This document shows, in pieces, positions 26,142 through 32,000 of a stretch of DNA of 32,000 nucleotides. A model generated the notes under the pieces. The model did not search any database and was not told where the DNA came from. It worked only from the letters and a program-made list of their open reading frames with translations. This DNA is from Candidatus Pelethomonas sp. (lineage in GTDB: Bacteria > Bacillota > Clostridia > Oscillospirales > Oscillospiraceae). Position numbers and translations under genes: made by a program. Numbering within the stretch: the stretch's first letter is position 1; each line of letters opens with the position of its first letter. The stretch is taken from assembly GCA_045658885.1 (NCBI GenBank), contig JAZOVU010000040.1, positions 7,062 to 39,061 of the forward strand, given 5' to 3'.

Positions 26142-27239
26142 ATGAACAACGAAACATTGGAATTTATCCAAGAACAAATAGGGTATAAATTTAAAAACGA
26201 AGATTTGCTGGTGCAAGCTTTTACAAGACGTTCGTATGCGAATGAAAACGGTGGTGAAGATAACGAAGTATTAGAGTTTATCGGTGATACCGCGCTTGAT
26301 TTTATTGTCGTCAAAATACTTACAGAAAGATATGGGTATTTTGCGAGTGAATGCGATGATTATGATCCCGAAGAAGAATGCAACGAATTTATTTCCGAAC
26401 GAGACGAGGGGCAGCTCACAGAATTAAAAAAGAATTTAGTAAAAAGAGAAACTCTTGCGTCAAGAATTGATGAATTCGGATTTGCGGAGTACTTGATCAT
26501 GGGAAAGGGCGATGAAGACAATAACGCAAATCAAGAAGCTTCAGTAAAAGAAGATTTGTTTGAGGCTATCATTGGTGCTGTTACTCTCGACAGTTCTTGG
26601 GATAATGAAAAGATGCAAGAAGTCGTCGACATTATGCTTAACCCAGATGAGTATTTGGATGCTCAAGATAATGATGATGAAAAAGAAGAAAATTATGTAA
26701 GCTTAATTCAAGAATGGGTTTCTAAAAAGTATAAATGTGTGCCACGGTATATATTCATTGAAGAAAACGACATTTGGCGTGCGCGAGGTGAGTATGATAC
26801 GATTGATGATTATAATTATCACGGGTACGATGAAAAACATGCGTGTGTTTTGAAACTTGGTAGCTTTGATAAAAAATTTCTGTCTTTGGGGCACAGCAAA
26901 AAAAGGGCAAGACTAAACGCTTGCGTTCTGGCGTATAAGTATTTAAGGGAACACAATCTTTTTTATCTGCCTATCGATGAAATCGGAGAGCCTGATGTTT
27001 CAAAAGCAATCAATCAATTGCAAGAACTTCATCAAAAAAAATATATAGGTGAGCCATGGTATGACTTTTCGGAAGCATATGATGATAACGGTAATCCAAT
27101 TTGGCATTGTGAATGTCATGTAAGCGGAAGAGATACTTATTGGTGGAGAGATTGCTCATCAAAAAAACAAGGTAAAAAACTTGTTGCCTATGATATGCTT
27201 TGCGATATCCTCGGCTGGGAGGAAGATGATGAGGCTTAA
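26142..27239 (+). CDS. RNase III-family protein with an internal acidic/Cys insert and two C-terminal dsRBD-like modules (accessory paralogue)
   Basis: 365 aa counted from ATG 26142. Carries the NEVLEFIGD signature and KEDLFEAIIGA, the two RNase III catalytic acid clusters. Has two dsRBD-like C-terminal helices: GHSKKRARLNACVLAYKYL and CSSKKQGKKLVAYDMLCDIL. The gene is clearly A+T-rich (about 30% G+C in a 60-nt sample I counted). Confidence 0.7.
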   Translation: MNNETLEFIQEQIGYKFKNEDLLVQAFTRRSYANENGGEDNEVLEFIGDTALDFIVVKILTERYGYFASECDDYDPEEECNEFISERDEGQLTELKKNLVKRETLASRIDEFGFAEYLIMGKGDEDNNANQEASVKEDLFEAIIGAVTLDSSWDNEKMQEVVDIMLNPDEYLDAQDNDDEKEENYVSLIQEWVSKKYKCVPRYIFIEENDIWRARGEYDTIDDYNYHGYDEKHACVLKLGSFDKKFLSLGHSKKRARLNACVLAYKYLREHNLFYLPIDEIGEPDVSKAINQLQELHQKKYIGEPWYDFSEAYDDNGNPIWHCECHVSGRDTYWWRDCSSKKQGKKLVAYDMLCDILGWEEDDEA

Positions 27240-27429
27240 AGAATTACGTGCAGAAAAGGGAGCAACACAAAAGGAAGTTGCTGAGTTTATTTGTTGTTCT
27301 CCGCTGGTATATTCGCGTTATGAAAGAGAAGAGCGTGAACCGGATATAGATTCGCTTTGCAGACTCGCAGATTATTTCGGAGTAACCATTGACTATTTGG
27401 TTGGACGAGAAAAAACAATTAAACAATAA
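27226..27429 (+). CDS. XRE/Cro-C1-family helix-turn-helix protein
   Basis: MRLKELRAEKGATQKEVAEFICCSPLVYSRYEREEREPDIDSLCRLADYFGVTIDYLVG is a textbook HTH_3 pattern. Its start (ATG 27226 or 27229) lies inside the 3' end of the RNase III-like gene, after a GGGAGGAAG SD. Confidence 0.85.
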   Translation: MMRLKELRAEKGATQKEVAEFICCSPLVYSRYEREEREPDIDSLCRLADYFGVTIDYLVGREKTIKQ

Positions 27430-27430
27430 T

Positions 27431-27476
27431 AAAAAAATCCGATTAGGAGTCGCAAGAAACCTAATCGGATTTTTAT
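27431..27476 (+). terminator. Intrinsic terminator of the RNase III-like/XRE operon
   Basis: ATCCGATTAGG (27437-27447) pairs with CCTAATCGGAT (27460-27470), followed by TTTT. Confidence 0.75.
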
Positions 27477-27495
27477 ATTAGCATCTCAATTTAGC

Positions 27496-27528
27496 GAAAA
27501 AAGGAGATTCTTGTGAATCTCCTTTTTG
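27496..27528. terminator. Second, bidirectional terminator hairpin; on the minus strand it ends the candidate ncRNA
   Basis: AAGGAGATTC (27501-27510), TTGT loop, GAATCTCCTT (27515-27524). Six As lie on one side and five Ts on the other, so the minus strand reads stem + TTTTTTCGC. Confidence 0.7.
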
Positions 27529-27766
27529 GTCTGAGTGGAACCTTGCGTAAGCTCGGCGTGTCCGCCCTCCGAGTAGCAAACAAGACTTCTCGCTCGGCAG
27601 AGCGAGGTCGCAGGCGACAGAACTTGCGCTACCCGGTCAAGTCGCATAGTCAAAAACGACAAATAATCGCAGATTTTTGCCATTTTCTCCTTGCTTTGTT
27701 GACTTCGCGGCGTAAAAACCGTCGTTTAGAAGGTTTTTAGTTGCTCACCCTACCACCCCAAGACCG
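27528..27766 (-). ncRNA. Candidate structured ncRNA of unknown class (~240 nt plus terminator)
   Basis: My hand count gives about 58% G+C over 27531-27660, against about 39% for 27661-27780 and about 30% in a 60-nt sample of the adjacent RNase III-like gene. Perfect local stems are CTCGG/CCGAG (27552-27573), CTCGCT/AGCGAG (27589-27606) and GTCG/CGAC (27607-27618). The ends can pair (27753-27765 with 27528-27538, and 27743-27748 with 27547-27552). The last helix needs a G-U pair that exists only in the minus-strand transcript. The only ORF here reads through the terminator. Confidence 0.4.
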
Positions 27767-27781
27767 ATTTTTATATTTTTC

Positions 27782-27809
27782 TAGTGCTAAATAGTGCTTA
27801 TTGGTGCTA
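27782..27809. repeat. Three direct TAGTGCT-type repeats at exact 10-bp phasing
   Basis: TAGTGCTA (27782), TAGTGCTTA (27792), TGGTGCTA (27802). A TTGACA hexamer on the minus strand (27818-27813) lies immediately beside them. Confidence 0.6.
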
Positions 27810-27866
27810 TTCTGTCAACCAAAGTGTATATTTTCGTGCTCTCGTGTACTACTGTTTCCATGTAGT

Positions 27867-27898
27867 CCACTTCTCGAAGTGGTCAAGCATGTGGTCAA
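27867..27898. repeat. 16-bp palindrome overlapping two GTGGTCAA direct repeats
   Basis: CCACTTC-TC-GAAGTGG (27867-27882). GTGGTCAA at 27879-27886 and 27891-27898. Confidence 0.55.
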
Positions 27899-27983
27899 AA
27901 AACAAGTCCTGCGTATCCGTTTATTGTGATACACAGGGCTTCGTTTTTCGTTTACCGTACCCCAAAATTGGGGGCGCAAAAAC

Positions 27984-28006
27984 CGACGAAAAAGGTCGAC
28001 GAAAAA
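27984..28006. repeat. Tandem CGACGAAAAA repeats (13-bp phasing), preceded by a CCCCAAAATTGGGG inverted repeat (27960-27974)
   Basis: CGACGAAAAA at 27984-27993 and 27997-28006. Confidence 0.5.
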
Positions 28007-28030
28007 ATGAAGATAATTTAATAGAATCTA

Positions 28031-28081
28031 TTGACAGTAACGCTAATAACTGATATAATATCGTTAGTAACCGTTAGTAAC
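28031..28081 (+). promoter_or_regulatory. Consensus promoter of the AlbA_2/AEP-helicase operon with a tandem palindromic operator over the predicted start site
   Basis: TTGACA (28031-28036), 17 nt, TATAAT (28054-28059). CGTTAGTAAC is repeated perfectly in tandem (28062-28071 and 28072-28081), and each unit contains the GTTA-G-TAAC palindrome. A partial related copy GTAACG lies in the spacer (28037-28042). Confidence 0.6.
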
Positions 28082-28098
28082 GAAGTTGGAGGCAAAAT

Positions 28099-29388
28099 AT
28101 GTTGGAAGATAAGAATATCGAGTTTAAAAGGGAATATGTTGAGGATATAAAAAACACGCTTGTTGCTTTTGCAAATACTGATGGTGGTAATCTTTATATC
28201 GGAATTGACGATGACGGCAATGCTGTTGAAATCAATAATTTTGACGGTGTTATATTACAGATACCACACGTGATCCGAGATGCGATCAAGCCGGATCTTG
28301 CAATGTTTTGCGATATTACTGTGGAAACCGTTCAAAACAAAAAGGTTGTCAAAATCACCGTCAATCGCGGTACTGCCCGTCCTTATTATTTGGCGGCTAA
28401 AGGTATTCGTCCGGAAGGTGTATATGTGAGACAGGGGGCATCATCCGTTCCTGCTTCCGAGAGTGCAATTCTTTCTATGATACGAGAAACAGCTGGGGAT
28501 AGCTATGAGGAGGCGCGCTCGCTTATTCAGGAATTAACCTTCAATGAAGCAAATATTGTTTTTGAAAATAAGCAAATTCCTTTCGGAGACGCACAGAAGA
28601 GAAGCCTTGGCTTGATTGGCGAGGACGGAACGTATACCAATCTTGCGTTGTTGCTTTCCGATCAGTGTACTCATACTGTAAAAATTGCAGTTTTTGAAGG
28701 CGAGCAAAAGACGGTATTTAAGGATAGACGAGAATTTAGCGGTTCGCTGTTAAAGCAGCTTAACGATGCGTATCAGTTTATAGATCAGTTTAATCATACA
28801 CACTCACATACGGAAGGTCTTTACCGTGTTGATAAAAGAGCATATCCTGCGGAAGCAATCAGAGAGGCACTTTTGAACGCTATTGTTCACAGAGAATATA
28901 GCTTTTCAGCGAGCACACTAATCAGTATTTTTGATAACCGAATAGAGTTCGTATCCATAGGTGGACTTGCACACGGTATTTCACAAAGTGATATATTGCT
29001 CGGCATCTCAATTGCTCGAAATAAAAAGCTCGCAGATGTGTTCTATCGTTTGCATTTGATTGAGGCTTACGGCACAGGCATGCCCAAAATCATGGAGTCT
29101 TATAAAGAATACGGAATTGTGCCACATATAGAAATATCGGCCAATGCATTTAAAATTGCGTTACCTAATAATACAAATGCGACTGTTAAAGAAACAAAGG
29201 TTGAGTTGACCGAAAACGAGCAAGGCGTGCTTTCTGTACTGAAAGAAGGAATTAAGTCGCGTCCTGAAATTCAAAAGGCGCTTGGCTTTTCGCAAACGAC
29301 TACGATAGTAACAATATCAGCTTTAATTGATAAAGGCTTGATTATAAAGGTCGGAAATGGGAACAAGACGAAATATAAATTGATATAA
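28099..29388 (+). CDS. AlbA_2 (Schlafen-type) domain + HATPase_c_4-like ATPase + C-terminal winged-helix protein (often annotated as putative DNA/RNA-binding transcriptional regulator)
   Basis: N-terminus NIEFKREY...LVAFANTDGGNLYIGIDDDG (AlbA_2 pattern). Mid-protein AIREALLNAIVHREY (the pattern I recall from RecG-C-terminal-like ATPase family members). C-terminal LTENEQGVLSVLKEGIKSRPEIQKALGFSQTTTIVTISALIDKGLI (wHTH). GGAGG SD 6 nt upstream. Confidence 0.7.
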   Translation: MLEDKNIEFKREYVEDIKNTLVAFANTDGGNLYIGIDDDGNAVEINNFDGVILQIPHVIRDAIKPDLAMFCDITVETVQNKKVVKITVNRGTARPYYLAAKGIRPEGVYVRQGASSVPASESAILSMIRETAGDSYEEARSLIQELTFNEANIVFENKQIPFGDAQKRSLGLIGEDGTYTNLALLLSDQCTHTVKIAVFEGEQKTVFKDRREFSGSLLKQLNDAYQFIDQFNHTHSHTEGLYRVDKRAYPAEAIREALLNAIVHREYSFSASTLISIFDNRIEFVSIGGLAHGISQSDILLGISIARNKKLADVFYRLHLIEAYGTGMPKIMESYKEYGIVPHIEISANAFKIALPNNTNATVKETKVELTENEQGVLSVLKEGIKSRPEIQKALGFSQTTTIVTISALIDKGLIIKVGNGNKTKYKLI

Positions 29389-29402
29389 AAAGAGGCTGTA
29401 AA

Positions 29403-32000
29403 ATGTATGAGAAGCTATATCGTGAGCTTTTGCTACGTTACAACGCATTAGAGGGTGAAAATAAGCGGCTCTCGGAGGAAAATGCGCGGTTGCGACTGCA
29501 ATTTGGCTTTGCGAATGCATTCAATGAAAATACTGAGATACTAGCAATCGCCCCCACTTCTGTCAACAAATACAGCTCTTCAAAGGAAAAGATCGAGTTA
29601 TTCCGTTCGTTGTTTTGTGGCAGGGAAGATGCGTTTGCGAGACGGTGGCAAAGCACGACGATCGGAAAAAGCGGATATCAGCCCGTGTGTGAAAATGAAT
29701 GGGCGGAAGGTTTGTGCGATAAAAGAAAATATAAGTGCGCAAACTGTCCCAATCGAGTGTTAAAATCCTTAACTGATGAAGATATTTACAAGCATCTTGA
29801 GGGAAAGGATGCTCTTGCTCGGGATGTGATAGGAATTTATCCTATGCTGCAGGATGAAACTTGCCATTTCCTGTGTGCCGACTTTGATGATGACTTGTTT
29901 GAAATGGATGTTTCCGCTTTCAGAGAGGTTTGTAAGGAATTAGGGATACCCGTGTACGTGGAACGATCTCGCTCCGGAAATGGCGCCCATTCATGGATAT
30001 TCTTCGAGTCGCCTATTGCTGCCGCTACCGCACGCAAATTAGGAAGTGGTATTTTGACCCAAGCGATGGAGAAGCGCGGAGAGTTGTCATTCAAGTCGTA
30101 TGACAGATTGTTTCCAAACCAAGATACAATGCCTAACGGTGGTTTTGGAAATCTTGTTGCTTTGCCTTTACAAGGACTGGCAAGAAAAAGTGGAAACAGT
30201 GTTTTTGTTGATGAGTATTTTCAACCATATGAAGATCAATGGGCGTATCTTTCTGCTGTAAAAAGATTGAGTGCAGATGCGGTTGAAGCTTTGGTTATGT
30301 CTTTCGGTAAGGATGGTGAGCTTGGTAAACTCATTAGCGAATCCGAAAGTAAGCCGTGGGAAACTAAAAAGAAGATCAAAATTACACGAAGTGATTTTCC
30401 TATGATGCTGAATGTTGTTCGTGCAAATATGCTTTATATTCCTACGGTAGATTTATCCGCGAATGCGAAGAATCAGATCAAACGTCTTGCGGCATTTAAA
30501 AATCCCGATTTTTACCGTGCTCAGGCAATGAGATTACCAATATACGATAAGCCGCGGATCATATGCACAGCGGACATCGCAGAAGATTATATTGCCATTC
30601 CGCGCGGTTGCGAGGAAGCACTTTGCAATCTGCTCGATGAAGCAGACGTATCATATGCAATCGAAGATAAAACCAATTCAGGAGAGATTATACCCGTTAC
30701 TTTTAACGGTGAGTTGCGTGAAGAACAGCGGCCTGCGGCAGACGCACTATTGGAACAAGATACGGGTGTTCTATCTGCAACAACGGCGTTCGGTAAGACT
30801 GTCATTGCCTCGTATATGATCGGGAAAAGAAAAACAAACACCTTGATTCTCGTACATACACAAGCTTTGATGACACAATGGAAAAAGTCTCTCGAAAGCT
30901 TTCTGAAGTTTGACATAATACCGCCCGAGGAAAAGAAGGGCAAAGGTCGCAGGAAGGTGTGGTCTCCCATTGGCATTCTCGGCGCAGGGAAGGATACTTT
31001 ACACAGCGTTGTCGATATTGCTGTTATGCAGTCACTTATTAACGGTGATGAGGTAAAAGAGCTTGTTCGTAATTACGGAATGATTATTGTTGACGAGTGC
31101 CATCACGTTTCTGCGGTCAATTTTGAGATGATACTCAAGCACGTCAATGCAAAATATGTTTATGGACTAACCGCTACACCCACAAGGCAAGATGGACATC
31201 ATCCTATCATATTTATGCAATGCGGTGCGATCCGATACCGCGTAGATGCTAAGGAGCAAGCTGAGAAGCGAAGCTTTGAGCATTATCTCGTGCCGAGGTT
31301 TACCAATACGCGCTGCCCAGGCGAGGGTAAGCCGAGCATCACGGATATTTACAAGAAATTATCTGAAAATGAGCTCCGAAACAATATGATTGTTTTCGAT
31401 GTTGTTGAAGCATCGAAAAACGGAAGAAATCCTATTGTGCTGACCGAACGCCGAGAGCATGTTGCGTTGCTTGCGGAACGGCTTTCCTGTTATTGCAAAA
31501 ACATTATTCAACTCGTGGGAACCGCTTCCGCAAAGGAGCGCAGAGAAACGATGGAAAGGCTTGAAGCTATCCCCAGTGATGAATCGGTTGTCATAGTTGC
31601 AACGGGTAAATACGTAGGAGAAGGCTTCGACTATCCTCGGTTGGATACGTTATTCCTTGCGTTGCCGATTGCGTGGAAGGGTAAAGTCGCACAGTATGTC
31701 GGCAGACTCCACAGAAATTATGAAGGCAAAACCGAGGTGCAGGTCTATGATTATGTGGATATCCATATTCCTGTACTTGAAAGAATGTATCAAAAGCGTG
31801 TGAAAAGTTATTCTGCTATTGGATATAAAACAAAGCTTTTGTCAAATGCCAATGCATCTCCTGACTTGATCTATGACGGAAAATCTTTTTATCACGGATT
31901 TTGTAATGATTTGCAAAATGCTAAAAGCGAAGTTCTGATTGTGAGTCCGTTTATGAGAAAAAGCAGAATCACAAGTCTTATGAAAATCCTTAAGTCGGAT
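29403..32000 (+). CDS. Giant fusion protein: coiled coil + Cys-rich element + archaeo-eukaryotic primase (PrimPol-like) domain + SF2 (DEAD/DEAH, ResIII-like) helicase + start of a probable PLD-like C-terminal domain; runs off the right edge
   Basis: Open frame of exactly 866 codons from ATG 29403 (AGAGG SD 7 nt upstream) to the window end; it is missing from the track only because it is open-ended. AEP motifs checked in frame: CADFDDD (DxD, 29880-29894), SGNGAH (29973-29990) and YDRLFPNQD. Cys cluster: CENEWAEGLCDKRKYKCANCP. Helicase motifs: TAFGKT (GKT, about 30792), VDECHH (about 31092), GLTATPTRQDG and QYVGRLHR. The C-terminal EVLIVSPFM resembles the first strand of PLD-like nuclease domains. 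Confidence 0.8.
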   Translation, partial: MYEKLYRELLLRYNALEGENKRLSEENARLRLQFGFANAFNENTEILAIAPTSVNKYSSSKEKIELFRSLFCGREDAFARRWQSTTIGKSGYQPVCENEWAEGLCDKRKYKCANCPNRVLKSLTDEDIYKHLEGKDALARDVIGIYPMLQDETCHFLCADFDDDLFEMDVSAFREVCKELGIPVYVERSRSGNGAHSWIFFESPIAAATARKLGSGILTQAMEKRGELSFKSYDRLFPNQDTMPNGGFGNLVALPLQGLARKSGNSVFVDEYFQPYEDQWAYLSAVKRLSADAVEALVMSFGKDGELGKLISESESKPWETKKKIKITRSDFPMMLNVVRANMLYIPTVDLSANAKNQIKRLAAFKNPDFYRAQAMRLPIYDKPRIICTADIAEDYIAIPRGCEEALCNLLDEADVSYAIEDKTNSGEIIPVTFNGELREEQRPAADALLEQDTGVLSATTAFGKTVIASYMIGKRKTNTLILVHTQALMTQWKKSLESFLKFDIIPPEEKKGKGRRKVWSPIGILGAGKDTLHSVVDIAVMQSLINGDEVKELVRNYGMIIVDECHHVSAVNFEMILKHVNAKYVYGLTATPTRQDGHHPIIFMQCGAIRYRVDAKEQAEKRSFEHYLVPRFTNTRCPGEGKPSITDIYKKLSENELRNNMIVFDVVEASKNGRNPIVLTERREHVALLAERLSCYCKNIIQLVGTASAKERRETMERLEAIPSDESVVIVATGKYVGEGFDYPRLDTLFLALPIAWKGKVAQYVGRLHRNYEGKTEVQVYDYVDIHIPVLERMYQKRVKSYSAIGYKTKLLSNANASPDLIYDGKSFYHGFCNDLQNAKSEVLIVSPFMRKSRITSLMKILKSD

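Noticed and set aside
25890-26216. 108-aa minus-strand ORF, and mini-ORFs in the RNase III leader (ATGAATATTTAA at ~25948; an 11-codon ORF at ~25974)
   Set aside because: The 108-aa ORF is antisense across a promoter and leader and has an A+T-driven composition. The mini-ORFs are too short and too weakly supported to call leader peptides without conservation data.
27486-27683. 65-codon minus-strand ORF (MAKICDYLSF...) with an AAGGAG-like sequence just upstream
   Set aside because: The frame reads straight through the strong terminator hairpin (27501-27524) before reaching its stop, so a terminated transcript would lack a stop codon. The product has no recognisable features. The region is better explained as structured RNA. 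I kept it as an explicit alternative in the ncRNA finding.
27750-27757. GGGTGGTA on the minus strand, which resembles the core of a T-box (GGGUGGUACCGCG)
   Set aside because: Only 8 nt match. There is no upstream specifier or stem I architecture that I can see, no antiterminator/terminator pair in the right place, and no downstream aminoacyl-tRNA synthetase or amino-acid gene.
27784-28053. 89-aa plus-strand ORF covering the repeat-rich intergenic region
   Set aside because: It has no SD and a non-ATG start. Its composition is Cys/Tyr/Val-rich and implausible for a protein. It would run through the -35 of a consensus promoter. The region is better explained by operator-type repeats.
1-32000. 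CRISPR arrays, rRNA genes, IS elements, transposases, integrases and reverse transcriptases
   Set aside because: I looked for regularly spaced 25-40-nt repeats and for typical recombinase or RT motifs in all listed ORFs and found none. The mobility mechanism of the 25.8-32 kb island therefore cannot be established from this window.

Overview
All calls come from hand analysis, with no homology search or folding software. The window resembles an anaerobic Firmicute (Clostridia-type) chromosome and falls into three blocks with different codon usage. Block A (1 to ~9200) carries hydC-hydB-hydA for a trimeric NuoE/NuoF-type [FeFe]-hydrogenase (hydA runs off the left edge), divergent trkH-trkA potassium uptake genes, and a three-gene FecCD/BtuF-type ABC importer. 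A tRNA-Ser(CGA) at 9211-9299 sits on the A/B boundary, and its two acceptor-stem halves do not pair. Block B (~9300-25841) carries yccF, a lipoprotein, mfd, a split transketolase, another lipoprotein, a beta-helix protein, an MmcQ/YjbR protein, and a tight seven-gene operon of uncharacterised enzymes (TPR, NTase/DUF4037-like, SDR, PHP, amidohydrolase, Gfo/Idh/MocA, amidohydrolase paralogue). Block C (25842-32000) is the most interesting part. It is an A+T-rich accessory island whose components all act on nucleic acids. It encodes an extra RNase III paralogue with two dsRBD-like modules, translationally coupled to an XRE HTH and preceded by a long 5' leader. Next comes a G+C-rich, hairpin-dense candidate ncRNA with its own terminator, then a repeat-dense control region. 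Last is an operon for an AlbA_2(Schlafen-type)/ATPase/wHTH protein and a giant archaeo-eukaryotic-primase + SF2-helicase (+ probable PLD) fusion that runs off the right edge. I know of no named defence system with this combination, so I flag it as the candidate undescribed system. No CRISPR array, rRNA, transposase or integrase is visible in the window.
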